From contig JBLDXI010000073.1 of the NCBI GenBank assembly GCA_047495785.1, positions 434,001 through 498,000 on the forward strand: a stretch of 64,000 nt of DNA, given 5' to 3'. Positions 24,708-37,651 of this stretch are shown here, in pieces. Source of the DNA: Lepidodermella squamata. Taxonomy: Eukaryota; Animalia; Gastrotricha. The notes under the pieces were generated by a model. That model did no database searches and was not told where the DNA came from. It worked only from the letters and a program-made list of their open reading frames with translations. The position numbers and the translations under genes are program-made. How positions within the stretch are numbered: position 1 is the first letter of the stretch; each line of letters starts with the position of its first letter.

Positions 24708-26034
24708 AACGGGGGGCGAAGGGAAAATGCGCCAGCATCACTTTAGGTGGGTTACATTGCTGCCGCCCCAGACAGGCCCAAGATTCAACCCCACTTGAGC
24801 GTGCCTCTCGACCTCTTGGTACGGTCATACAATTTGGGGTCGAAAATACCCCCTAGTTCGAGGATCCAACTTCGCGCACTGAAAGTAAGGATAATCATTG
24901 AGGAGGGATACGCTTAGGCCCCAAATTTATGTTGCTTTCACAAATGCGTGCGACGACGAAAACTTCGGTTAGCAACTCGCAAACTTCGGGAAAGTGAGGC
25001 GAAACGTCGCATAGCGTTATCAGTTGCACTTCGTACGCGCGCGAAAGATTATATCCGAGCGCCGTTTTGCCGGCCTTTGTGCGCCTTTCAAAAAAATGAA
25101 ACAATTGGTAAAATTCTAATTCATTTTCATGACTCATCATAATTTAAGATGGATTGAATGTACATGTTTTACGCCAGTCTAATAACTTACTCTCGTATTT
25201 GTAGAAGAGATTTCAATGAAACGCGTTCAAATAAAGCCATCCCAACAATTGTTTTATTCCACACCGATTAATGTTGACAATTCGATGGCATGAAACATAA
25301 AAATGAGGCTTTGAATCGCCGGGCAGCCTGAGATTTACCGATTTAAATGGAGCTGATTCACACTTACATCTGGACCTTGGTCGCATGTCATTTAGGAAGC
25401 TTTTACCTAAAATGTGTGGGATGCTTGAATATCGCCACGGAGTTTTTCATCGTCTTCGTCATCGCCAGCATCGACGATCTTTTAATTCCATGGCATCGTT
25501 ACGAAACAAAACGTTTTACAAACTGCCTTCCTAAGCTGTTTACAAACTCGGCTGTTTTTGTAGAAACAACTACCTATGCACGAATTAAACTAATAGGCTG
25601 TTATTTTTGAAAAACAAATTTTGAAACGTTGCGCACGAAACCATTAACATTGGCAAAACGCGAGTGCGAATTAGGCTGTTCTCCACACGGTGAAATTACA
25701 ATGAAAACCTTGATTATGGGTGTCAGTTACCAGCTCTGTCATGGACGTTCATTGCCTAAATGTTATGATTTAGCTATTAGCCAAGCTGAGCAAGACCGGC
25801 CGAGCGTTATAAACTCATATTTATGAACGTTATAAAATTTTCTCAGCTTAATGATAGATCTTAGCGCAAGAGCAATTAACGGCAATAGATATGTTCGAGT
25901 AGGCCGAGATCACATGATTCGCGTCATCGCGCGTTTTGTTTCATCAACGTTTTGGTGGCAGCCGCACTGTCGTAAAAAGAGTCGAAACACATCTACAGGC
26001 TTTTAACTAAATGCTACATCGATTTGTTCATACA

Positions 26035-29000
26035 ATGACGTTAATACTGGTAATACTCTACGGTAAAATCAATGAATTTACTTCAATTGACCATTTGACT
26101 TGTTTATTCGTCGAAGGACTAATCGTGACTAGTCTGGGATGCAGCCCCAACGAATCCCAGAAGAAAAGCGCGGTGAGACCATCTTTTAATTTCACAGCCC
26201 AGAGTTCTGGCTCCCCCAGGCTTCGCTTCCGCAAAATCAAGAAACTCTCTTTCCTCTTCAGCTTTACTGCTCGAATGGTGGAACATTCGACTCAGAAAGC
26301 AGTTCTTGCCTTTGCCCATCGGGATATGGCGGTTCCCAGTGCGAAAAATGTGAGAAAACAGCCTAAGGTAACTTTAATGAGCTATCATTTCCCGATTTTC
26401 TTACAGTTACGTGCCCAAATTGTCTTAATGGAGCCAGCTGCAGCGGACCGAACAAATGCAGCTGTCCATCCGGCTGGTCTGGCCTGAACTGCGATATCCG
26501 TAATGAAAAACCACCTAACATTTCGAGCAGCTTTAACATTTTTAAATTGCTAGCTAACTGTGACGACCTTCCTTGTCAAAACGGCGGGACTTGCGTCGGC
26601 GCTAACAAATGCAACTGCACTGAACGGTGGATGGGCCTTAACTGTGGCACATGTGAGAAAAAGGACCTTTGGGGCTTCAAAGCAACTCCAATTCTCTCAT
26701 TTAGCTGCCTGCTCTAAGAACCCGTGTCAAAATGGCGGGTCTTGTGTAAGCTACAGCCTTTGTTCTTGCCCGACTGGCTACTCCGGATCCGATTGCAGCA
26801 GTACGTGCTTTCGATCTTCAGCGAATGATTATCATCCTCCTGTGTTTCAGTTTGTTGCAATCCTCCCTGTTCAAATGGCGGGACTTGCCGAGCTGGGAAT
26901 ACTTGCAGCTGCCCCCTTGGCTGGACAGGATCAGATTGCACAATTCGTGAGTCCAATTCCTTCCATCAATCACTTGACCGTTGCGAATCGCTAAATCACA
27001 GCTTCCTGCAACCCCGCGTGTCAAAACGGCGGGACGTGTACGAACCAACTGACTTGCACGTGTCCCAGTGGCTACTCAGGCCTTACTTGTGGAGTCTGTA
27101 CGTCAACATATTAATTGGATTTAGTCCTGAACTCTACCCTTTCCTTTTAGTCACATGCTCTCAGACCTGCGCGAATGGGGCTCGATGCTCTGGGCCGAAT
27201 ACTTGTACGTGCGCCGATGGTTGGACTGGAAGAGATTGTACCACACGTAAGTTGCCTGGAACATGGTTATCTGAGTCCCTCGTATCTCTAATAATTTTCA
27301 GCGACCTGCTCACCAGCCTGTGCCAATGGAGTTTGCCAGGCTGATAGGACATGCGACTGTACTGGAACTGGATACACAGGGACTCGATGTGAAAATGGCA
27401 AGCTTCTTAAAGTCCTTTTATAGAATAATGCTGAAATAATGCAATGCAGCCGTGTGCTCCCCTTCATGCGCAAACGGCGGAGTTTGCTCAAGACCGAGCA
27501 CATGCTCCTGCGTTAACGGCTACACTGGGCCTACCTGCTCTCTCTGTGAGTGTTTTTATTGTCAAAAATGCCTGATATTATGAGCAAATTCTTTGATAGC
27601 ATCTTGCTCTCCCGCCTGCTTGAATGGTGGAACGTGCAATGGCAACAAATGCACATGTGCAGCTGGATGGGCGAGAAATGATTGCTCAATTCGTGAGTTT
27701 TCTTCTCAAACCGTCTTATCATAGTTGGACTCATTTTCAAACCTTCCAACTTCTAATGTTATTGTGACCTACCTAGAACCTTGAATTTTGTCACTACAAG
27801 CTTAAATTTCCCATTTGAAAATCCATTGATCCCCTTGACGTTTTGCGATTTCTAGGCTAAAGAACTAATCATTTTTACTTCTCTTTCATGGAAATAACCT
27901 TCCGCTTAAACAAAAGTATTCACGTTCTTTGTGTTAATATACCTGGGTTTATTATGGTGATATCTTTATCTCTCGTAAAAACGTGTATTTATGAAATGTG
28001 AAGCTACCTGCACGCCGGCCTGTCAAAATGGCGGCACCTGCGTCGGCGGCAACGTGTGCAAATGCGCGAATGGCTACACAGGCTCAACGTGCTCGGATGG
28101 TATGGCAATAATAGACAGTAAATGTTGGCATCTTTTGTTAATAATTTTCGCATGACGCAGCTGTGTGCACACCAACTTGCAAAAATGGTCGATGCACTGC
28201 GACAAATTTGTGCTCTTGCGATTCCGGATGGACTGGTCCAGATTGCTCAACTTGTAAAATGTTCCTAAATGTTCTCTTTAATCAATTTAACGTTCGTTTC
28301 GATATGAAGCTGCCTGTTCGTCGCCTTGCTTGAACGGAGGAGCGTGTACAGGAACGAACAAGTGCACTTGCGTTGGAGGATACACGGGTGCAACGTGTGC
28401 CGAATGTGACTCATCGTTATTACTGATTTAGCTGATAAATCTTAACTATTCTAGATTCTTGCTCGCAAACGTGCAAAAATGGAGGTGTCTGTATACGTCC
28501 GAACACCTGTAGCTGTGGTGATCAATGGGCTGGCATTGACTGTAGCATACGTAAGCTAAAACATTTTAATTCCACTTATCATAAATTACTAGCATTAGAA
28601 CAGCTGTTAATGTTAATAACTGGATTTTTCTGTTCGATCAGCATGTTATCTTTCTGGGCAAAGCTTCGTCCAGAAAAGGCTTCCTTTTTAGGGTTTTTCG
28701 CTTACTGTGATTCAGACTAATTAACAAATTCGCTCAATTTAGATAGGTATTAATTATTAATTTAATTATTAACTTTAGCAAACTCCTAGTCGAGAGCGCG
28801 TAGAAATATACGAATTCCTCCCGCAGTCATCCCGCACATCCCGCAGTTCATCATGTGGACGTCCACGTGTATTGCAGCGTGATAAAAATTTCTCTGCATT
28901 CTCCCATACAAAAAATAGTGTGCATATGTTAATGATTTTGCGAGAAGATGAATGCTTATGAATGCAGTTCAGGTTTAAAAGTGAAAATTGTAGGGCTGAA

Positions 29001-31214
29001 CGCCTGAAACATACAGGCCTTGCATATCTAATTCTGCTTTTGCTCCTCCTGATCTAATTTTTGAAATGATGATGAAAATGATGATAAAATTAGGCCGGAT
29101 CAGCCGGATCATCCAAGGGGGCGTCGTGACACTCCAGCTCCAACCACAGAAAGGCTTAACAACCACAGGGAGGACCCGTTGGTTCCTTTGGCTGGGTGCT
29201 AGAGAACACCTCAGCTTCCGGATCCTACTCCTATCGCACTACAAGTAAGGTAGTTGCCTTGGACCTGCTGAAAATAGTTTTTCCTCAGATAAGATACATC
29301 TTACCTTCAAGTAGCCTGCGTGGACCTCATACGCGGACCTCATACGGTCAAAATCAGGTGCCATGATTCGTCATTGAAGAAGAAATGCGGAAGTGTAATG
29401 TAATGTGGGAAAAAATCTCGACTACATCCTAAAAAAACGAGTTGATACGGATTAGGATACGCTAAACAGCCAAATTCCAGGTCTGAGATGTAAAAACTTC
29501 TTTACATTCTTTCTCTATATTGCGAAACCATTGCAACATCCAACATTGCTGAGTTAATTTACTTGTTGCTAATTTAGCCACGTGTACTCCAGCCTGTGCG
29601 AACGGCGGCATTTGCTCATACGTCAATCTTTGTACCTGCGTGAACAACTACTACGGATCGCGCTGCACGCAATGTGAGGCTAGCAATCTTTCGATACCAT
29701 CTCATACCTATGTTGTTTCTCCAGTTTCCTGCGTTAAAACTTGCCAGAATGGAGGAACCTGCACAGCCCCGAACACTTGTACCTGCGGTGCGGGCTGGAA
29801 AGGAGATGATTGCACTACTCGTAATGAGCTCATCCCGAAGCTTGGACCAATCGGCTAATTTTTCAATTATTTACAGCGATTTGCAATTCACCTTGCCAGA
29901 ATGGAGGAACTTGCATCGCTCCGAACACGTGCAAGTGCGACGCTGGATGGCGAGGGGCTACTTGTTCTCAGAGTAAGGAGCATCTTCAAGGAAATGCAAA
30001 ACTACAGACTGATTTTATATTTCAGCCAAGTACTATATATCCGCTAGCTCAACTAATTTCCGCGACGCTACGACAAATTGTGAGACATCAAGCAGCCGCG
30101 CTGCTGTGATTTACTCGCAAGGTGAGTGGGACAAGGCGAAGATCAGCTTGGGGTCAAACAGCAAAGTTTGGATTGCGCTATCGGCTGGATTCCGATGGAT
30201 CTACGACAATTCGCCGGTTGGGTTTTCTGATTTATGGGGAAATGGCGAGCCGAGCGGTGACGGCAGTTGTAAGTACATAGCTCAGGGTTCGATCTTCGAT
30301 CCCCGAGCTCCCAGGGATGGACAAAATTCTTTTGCTGTATTTGCCAAAATGACGAGTCATTTAGGGTAATAACCGAGCGAAGCGAGAAAAGTTTGGAGAT
30401 TTTCCACTAAAACACGCCTCAGAACCTTCTAAAATTAACAAAACAGTGGGTTAAATTCTAATTTTGTTGTCTGGCCCAGCTGAGCCCCCCTGAAAGTCGC
30501 ACACTGACATAGCTATCTAGATAGCGCTGCTAATCAAAACTACTTGTGGATAATATCCCTGATATTAGGCTAACAATTATGTGATGGCTTTGTAATCGTT
30601 GCTTATCCCAGGATCATTCAAAAAGGCATTGTTGATTTGCTCTTGATGCTCTTGCAATTGCAGGCGTGGAAATTGCAGTTTATACAGGCATAACGCAAGG
30701 TTTAAACGACATATCGTGCTCAACGATTCGAAATTCACTGTGCCAAGATCCAATCAATGTGAGGGCTTTCTTGTTAGTACAATTCCTCAATTGACAATTT
30801 TTATTTTCACAGGAAAATGACTTGGTGGTCGTCACGCCGGCTGGTATTTGGGATTTAGCCAGAGGTAAATGTGAGGCGGTAGGACGAAAATTGGCGGTAT
30901 TGAAGACGAAAACACTTGTTGATGCAATGTTGAGTGCGTCGAAGTATGGCTGGGTCGCCGGTAAGCGTCCTGATGGCAATAATTTCTACTGGTCCACGGG
31001 CGTCGCTGTCACGCCGAGCAACGTCATTCCGCCGTGGGCTCCAGGCCAGCCGGAAATAAACTTGAACAAGCAATGTGAGTTGGCTTAATTTGTTTTGCAT
31101 GTAATATGTTACTTCAAATGTACTGTTTTAGGTGTGACGATGGGCACATCGGGTCAAATGACCGTGGAAAGGTGCAGCAACAGCAACTATGCACTTTGCG
31201 AATATACAAACTAA
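26035..31214 (+). CDS. Copy D: secreted 17xEGF + 2xCTLD protein
   Basis: [10 protein letters not shown]|[18 protein letters not shown]; 23 exons; EPS and QPE motifs; TAA at 31212-31214. Confidence 0.88.
30283..30506. mobile_element. hAT-type MITE (family of 15980, opposite orientation)
   Basis: CAGGGTTCGATCTT...AAGTCGCACACTG with TSD ACATAGCT. Confidence 0.88.
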
Positions 31215-32452
31215 CAAGAGGGGCTTATGAAAGCCAGGCTGAACAAGTTCCGTGACAATATGCTTTCAGCTTTGAGTTCTATCAGTATTTTTTCGGTAGT
31301 TCCCCCCTTGAACCTGAATCTACAAATGGTTTGCATCATAAAATCGTTATCATCGTGCCTTTTTTTGAAAGCCTTTGCTTCCTGTTTGTTCACGTAAATA
31401 AACGCTTTGATTTCAATCGAGTTTTTTAACGGCATTCGAGTATAAGGTATAACAAGGAGCCTAACCAGAGGGGGGAACCTTATGTTTTCTTTCCTGGCCA
31501 CTGCGGAAACTTGAGCAATGTAAGGACGGCCCTAACTTATATCCCCTTTCGGTAAACTCCCCATCTTCTACACTGCACAACGCTCCAATGCTTTGCGACT
31601 TGCCAGCCCATTCATCGATACTTTTTGAACGGTGCCTAACGACCGAAGTCCTGAAGATTCAGCGGTTAAAACTTGTCTTGATACACCGGAAGGTTCAAAT
31701 TTGTTCCAGCCCTACATCATGCTGAAGATGAAAACGCAGAAAGTTAACGTAATAATGATATATCCTGTATAGAATACGCTCGGTTAGTAGCTGGATCTAC
31801 TAATTGCCAAACCTGCCGACCATGGAGGATTGAAAAAAATTGCCAACATTTATTAAACAATTGCTGAAGAACCATGGCTAAAAATAAAGCTGACGCCCAG
31901 CCACTTTTAGATGCATCAGCAACAGCTTCAACATCACTTTCATTCTGGTCGATTTCCCATTTTATTTACAAACTCAAAAACTATGTAGGGCATTTTTAGC
32001 AATTTGAAAAAATCCTAAAATCCCGAGAAAATAACTACCACGTAAAATTCTTCCCGTGAACTTCTCTCTGAGGTTCCATCAAAAAAATTGAGAGAACCAG
32101 CTCAGACTTAAGGGAATTGATTGACGTAACATTTTTCTAAGTTATACATTCAAATGATTAATCGCAAAGCCTCTTTTTGCAAACGATGAATGCACAGATG
32201 TTGCTAACCTGAATCTTGAACGGTAAAAACGCTATTCACGGTTCGAGAGGCAAGTTGCAAGTCATTGTATACATTTTTGCAGTCGAAAGCAATAGATAAC
32301 GACAACAGATCTCAGAAAAATCCGAACAGAATTTGATCCAAAAAGCAAAAAATTTAAGTAATAAAGGGGAACTCCCCGTTGTCGTGGGCCGTCTTTGTTC
32401 GTTCCGTCCGTCCGTTCAGACTGCGTTCAAGCGACGGCGAGGCGTAAAAAAA

Positions 32453-32472
32453 TGTGTGTGTGTGTGTGTGTG
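32453..32472. repeat. (TG)n microsatellite
   Basis: tgtgtgtgtgtgtgtgtgtg. Confidence 0.9.
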
Positions 32473-32533
32473 CCAAAAAGGGAGTGCCTATTCCAACCCT
32501 GGTTTTTCCGACAGGCTTGAAAAGTGTATCTGA

Positions 32534-32796
32534 CGGTTATTTTATGCGTGATGTGGCTCTCAACACTTCCCAATCTATAGCCAATGTTGAGTTGTCGTTA
32601 TAGTATTAGTGAATTGTCGAGTTGTCTTCTGCCGAATTGTCGCTGAAGGGTACGATGAATTTTCACTGCCGAGTAGTCGTTTGCCGAGTTGTCGTTTTCG
32701 ATCGAATACAAAAATATTGCCGAATTGACGTTTGCTGAATTGTCGCTGTCGAATAGTCGTATTCCCAATTTTCGTTGCTCAGTTGTCATACAACCG
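32534..32796. mobile_element. MITE-like element with about 15-bp internal repeats
   Basis: CGGTT...AACCG termini with repeated TGCCGAATTGTCGCT-like units. Confidence 0.55.
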
Positions 32797-33270
32797 CTAA
32801 TTATTTCGGTTTAATTTTCGGATATATTTGGCTCGAATTATTTCGTTCGGAGATATTCTCAGCAAAATGAATTATTCGAGCCAAAAATATAGAAAATTTA
32901 AACGATATTATTATCGCAGAAATTTTACCAGATAGAAACATTCTAATCATTAATTTTCTTAGAATTTTCATAATGTTCCCGAAGACAAAAACGCGGCAGA
33001 AGAATGGCAAAGATGCCGATAATTTGCAATTTGCAAATAGCTGTTTTCACCAATTTCTTGAAAATTAATTATAGGAGCCTGGAGCCTGCAAGATTTACTT
33101 TGGTTTCATTATTTGATAGACCGTGAAATCTGGTCTACTGAAACTGAAAAAAATTTTCCAATTAATAAAACACCGTTTCAAGTCCTTTAAAAATTGGTGA
33201 TCAATCATTATGTTTCCGATATTCCGGGTCAAAGTCCATCGTCATCCAGCAAAAAATTGCAGTTGGTGAC

Positions 33271-34605
33271 TTGGTGACTTGGTCGCATCTGTGTCTGACT
33301 TGGTCGGGATGGATCGAAAAAGGCCTGGTGAACTCGAATGGCGTCAATGACATCAGACTTCAAATAGACGGAATGGGTGGTAGAACCAGCATGGCGGAAG
33401 GTTATATCTCTGCCAATATTTGCTTGCCATCTAGAAAGCGAAAATTGGGCAGCGATGGTGAGTACCAATTGGCAGTCTTCAAAGGAAAGGAATCCAGTGA
33501 AAATTTCCGCAATTACCTACACTGTCGATGAACTGGTTAATCTTGTAAGAAATGGTATCGAGATGGAAAAAAATACGGCTTTCCTGTTTCGGTTTGATAA
33601 TTTGCGCGGACTATCCCGCTCTTGTTGAATTGTTAGGTTGTGGTCATCAAAACAGCCATTGTCGTTGCGTTATTTGCACTCAGGACATTCGAAAAATTCC
33701 AGACTTCGCTACTGGAGAAACGAAAAAACGTCGATTTGATCTTTACACGCCAGATCAGAAAGGGAAGGTTGGATGGTCCAAAGACTTCAAACCAATGATT
33801 AATTTGAGCCCCCAAAGTTGATAATTATTCCCGACTTTTTGCACATGCAGATCAACATTGGTAGGAAACTGTTTCAAGCGGTTTGTGAATAAAAATAAAA
33901 TTTATTATTAACTTTTCCGATTAGATGTTCGAAAATTTGAACGACTTCAAGATGAAAGGCCCAATCCGCCAGTTGTAAAGCTTTATTGAACAGTCAGTGA
34001 ATATTACTGTTGATGTGAGAACCGTTCGCTCCAAGGTTTGCGTCACAATAAAAAATACCAATCATCACGGATTTGCCAAGGTGAGCTCTGAGCTTGAGGA
34101 AATACCTGTTGAAAATATTGAATTTTAAGGCTTTCAAGGCTTTCTCAACCAGACTTGCCCCAGAGCCGTTGATGAAAGCTTTTTTTGTGCCTGACGACTG
34201 GCGTGGCCAAATTCGTAGAATGTACCGCACGCATTCGCGATTCGTCTAAACCTGAGAACCGATTTTTGAAAAGGCTAGCCGATGTTCGAAGGCTTTTCAT
34301 CGCGGCGCTACTGGTTTTCGACGATGTGCGAAAGGCGAGATCTGGAGCAGGAAAACTGATGCTTTACAACTTCGAATCTACATGGCAAAGAACTGTTGGG
34401 CCAGTCACCTCCTACGCGCATCTTCTTGCCAGACACGTACGAATATCTTGATCAAGGTATCGATCTTTACGCCTTGTCGACAGAATCGATAGAAATCATG
34501 TTGAAACAGCAGCGTTCTGATATTGCGAATAATACTACTAATGCTTCAGCCATTCCGCGACAAATCCTGGGCCTCGTAAATATTCGGGAAAGCTTGTTCT
34601 TTTGA
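33271..34605 (+). pseudogene. Degraded RAG1/Transib-like DDE transposase (frameshifts, stops, two short introns)
   Basis: Motifs in order: IDGMG (33367), ADYPALVELLG…SHCRCVIC (33609), PDFLHMQINIG (33830), YAHLLARH…STESIE (34413-34494). The D-x18-CxxC and H-x4-H-x19-E spacings (the latter after repairing one frameshift) equal those of the RAG1 core. GT-AG introns lie at about 33881-33925 and 34081-34129. Confidence 0.8.
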
Positions 34606-34719
34606 TAAATATGCGCTTATCATTTAAATTCCAATTAAAGATAAATAAAGAGAAAAGAGAAATGTCATCAATCACTTTTATTGTTTCTTTATTGGATGCT
34701 CGTCTTCAGTCTGAAGTAT

Positions 34720-35030
34720 TCAGAATTTGTTGACTTTGTAACGCATTCTCTCGCTGTCATATACAAGTTCATAACCATCTTTGCGATAGAATTTGAAAGC
34801 AAATTTTCCAGCCTTGAATTTTTCGTCGATTACCCTGATGTGCTTAGCAATAGCTGTTTCGGTGCGCCCTAGACTACTCGACAATCCCGGCTCGTTCTCG
34901 CGAAGGTAAAATTTCAGCGCTGTTGTTGTGCAGCCTTCGATCCTCTTCACCCTAACCAGCGAGGTGAAGGCATGGCGCGAATGGTTTTCTTCATCGAATA
35001 TCCACGGTACTTTTTCACGATGAGCGTGAT
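34720..35030 (-). other. Convergent open exon (about 103 codons) of unknown function inside the putative Transib-like element
   Basis: TTCAG acceptor at about 35031, then an open frame HAHREKVPWIFDEENHSRHAF…YKVNKF*. It lies tail-to-tail with the transposase, with AATAAA signals on both strands between them. Confidence 0.4.
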
Positions 35031-35090
35031 CTGAATTTCAGAAATATTAAATTAGTCGGATATGGCTTTCAGCGCGAGCAGTATAGTTCT

Positions 35091-35126
35091 GAAGTTTTGT
35101 TTCTAATTTGAATATAGGCCATCGTG
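35091..35126 (-). repeat. Putative Transib-type right terminal repeat (CACGATGG…ACAAAACTT)
   Basis: The minus strand reads CACGATG-19 nt-ACAAAACTT. Only 39 nt of host intron separate it from the orphan lectin exon. I did not find a partner left TIR. Confidence 0.5.
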
Positions 35127-35165
35127 AAAATCTAGAAATTTAAACTGCAATTCTTTTTCTTTTAG

Positions 35166-35708
35166 GTATGGAAATTTTGAGTCCGAACGGGATTAACGAT
35201 CAACCTTGCGGGGACCCAAGTCGAAATGCTCTCTGCCAAAATCCAAACGATGTAAGAAAACTTATTGTATGTGACGGTCCCAATAAGTTTTTTTTCCAAA
35301 GATAACTGACGTCCAAGCCATCGGGCCGGCTACTCAAAATTGGGCGGACGCTAAAGTCACATGTGAAACCAGAGGACTAAAACTTGCAATCCTTAGGACA
35401 AGGCCGCTTGTTCAGCAAATGCTGGACCAAGGGAAGGTTGGGTGGATTGGCGGAAAGCGCCCGCCTGGCAATAATTTCTACTGGTCCACGAACGTCGCTG
35501 TCACGCCGAGCAGTGTCATTCCGCCATGGGCTCCAGGCCAGCCTGAAATAAACGATAAAAAGCAATATGAGATGATATTTTTGTAACATTAATCGCTTTT
35601 TTAATCGCAATTTGCGGTAATTCAGGCGTAACGATGGATACGTCGGGTCAAATGACGGTTGAACGGTGCAGCAACGCCAACAATGCGCTATGCGAGTATA
35701 CAAACTGA
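35166..35708 (+). pseudogene. Orphan lectin cassette (last three CTLD exons) of a family member whose 5' part is lost
   Basis: Open exons MEILSPNGINDQPC…, ITDVQAIG…GQPEINDKKQ and VTMDTSG…CEYTN*. The last donor is AT instead of GT (35567-35568). Confidence 0.85.
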
Positions 35709-36083
35709 ATTGGAAAGCATAGGGGCGATGTCAAAAAACCATTTTCATGAAGAACAACTTCAATGATTAATTGAATTGAATACCCATATAAACTATAAAC
35801 CTCGCGTGCTTTATTACTCTGCTTCGCTCTTAAACCCGCATTCTCAAGTTTCTTGGTTCAAACAGATGATTCTGAGCATAATTTGAATGCAAAAATAAAT
35901 TCCGGGGTTCGCCCATCGCTATTCGGGAATGCAAAATCTACGGAATTTGCTAAAAACTTGCTAAGAACTTGCTAAACTGCGGAAAATGTTTACAATTTCA
36001 CCCACGTTCAGCTTCTCCGACGCGCTCTTTCACGAGGCCTTCCTAAACACTAGAGCAGGATTTTCCCAACATGCTATATCTTT

Positions 36084-36640
36084 GGGCTCCAGGCCGGCTG
36101 GAAATAAACGATAACAGCAATGTGAGATGAACTATTCTAATTTATACATTTTATTAATCGTTGATCACTGCTGTGAAAAGACACTTTCCGTTTATTTTGC
36201 TATGACTTTCGCCCAAATATTCGCCCTTTAACACAGCTCCAAGTTTGTTTAATAGTAAAAATCGTAAAGGTTTTTAGCAGAGTTTGTTCTTATTAATATC
36301 GGATTTTCAAAAGCCAATGGCAAATCGCGAGGTCTCATTTCACTCACAAAGTGGCTAGAGTAGAACTGGCCAAATACGGCGAATTCACGGCCGAATTCTT
36401 CTTCAGCCAAGATAAATAATCTAATTTCATACTTTCCAGGCAAATGAAAAAGCTAGTCGGGAAATTGAAAAACGAATATGCCAAACTAGGCACTTCGGCG
36501 CACAGTTTGCATCAGGTTCACTGCCAATTTTCATCGCGCTTGTTTTTCGAATATTACAGATTCATACAGATGAATTCTGGTTCGTCGACCAGGTTACCGC
36601 TTTGCCAGTTTTACATAAAAATTCACTGTTTCTGAGGTGT
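36084..36640 (+). pseudogene. Small CTLD2 exon remnant plus duplicated 3' flank of copy B type
   Basis: TGGGCTCCAGGCC…CAAT|GTGAGATG followed by sequence alignable by eye to 17625-18370 without its MITEs. Confidence 0.7.
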
Positions 36641-36885
36641 CGATTTCCTCGATTAAAAAAATCAAATTATAGAAAAGGTTTCAGCTATTTTGTTGATTCA
36701 TTTTGTTGTTTCTGTTTTTTCCATCTTTTTTATTTTTTACCTTGAAAAATGAAAAACCAACATCCGTAGTATACTTTTATTGCTAGGTGGACAAAAGGTT
36801 TCCTCAGCTGTTTACCACTGGGTTGCAGGGAGCTGAGATTTAGTCCTTCGCAACATTCAAGTGATTGATAAAAGAAATTTGACTC

Positions 36886-37440
36886 ACGCGCCGTGCAATC
36901 TGATCCTGCCCAGCCTACCGGACAGCTACAGGTATGCAAGTCCTATGCAAGTCCCCACGTTACATAAAACTTTAACACAGAAAAATGATTGTTATTAACC
37001 ACTGAAATTCCGAAGAACCTACTGCTGCAGCCAATGCAAGACCCGCCATTTTGATACGGGTTCTTCGAGCAAGCGGCTAAATGAGAGAACTAGAATGATT
37101 TGAAGCCTCAAACATCCTTTCTCTCACATATGCCATAGTTCGGACCCATCCACCGTTCGAAGTAGTTGCATTTGTTAGAGCTAACGCAAGTTCGCCCATT
37201 TTGACAAAGAAGGTCATCAAAGTTAGCTAGTAATCGAGAAATTTTAAAGCTTCTCGAAATAGGTGTTTTTCCATTACGGATATCGCAAATAAAAGAACAG
37301 TCAAATTCGCACTCATGTTTTGCCGTTTGCCTTTTGTGGTTGGCATCGTACGCAATGTTTTAATCGTTGTTTTTTCACAAACAACGGCTGAGTTTCTAAA
37401 CAGTTGAGAAAGTCAGTTCGGAAAACCTTTTGTCCACTTT
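36886..37440 (-). pseudogene. Inverted, internally deleted relic (C-type upstream region + EGF2-5 remnants)
   Basis: The reverse complement matches 18770-18955, then decayed EGF3 (NFDDLLCQNG…), EGF4 and EGF5 exons. Confidence 0.85.
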
Positions 37441-37651
37441 GCAATTAGATTAAAGACGATAGGAGGATGAATATAGGATGAAATTAGATGAACATAGGAG
37501 GATGAAATGGCTGAATCAGAGCTTTGCTTCCACAAGCTGTCGTTCACGTGGTGCTAAGCCGGCCCCTGGCTCGCATTTTTCTCAGGTGTATGGAATTAGC
37601 TAACAAGCTGCCCTTGGGATAACGAATAAGCTAAACAGTATGGACGGTAGC

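Noticed and set aside
32365-32377. GGGGAACTCCCC palindrome as an NF-kB site or transposon end
   Set aside because: It is a single occurrence at a homology breakpoint, with no partner end or paralog conservation.
34720-35030. RAG2-like gene
   Set aside because: No kelch GG/W repeats or PHD cysteines; only the orientation is similar.
33271-35126. An active V(D)J-like somatic recombination system
   Set aside because: The transposase has stops and frameshifts, only one candidate TIR is visible, and I did not notice RSS-like signals flanking exons. An exhaustive motif scan was not possible.
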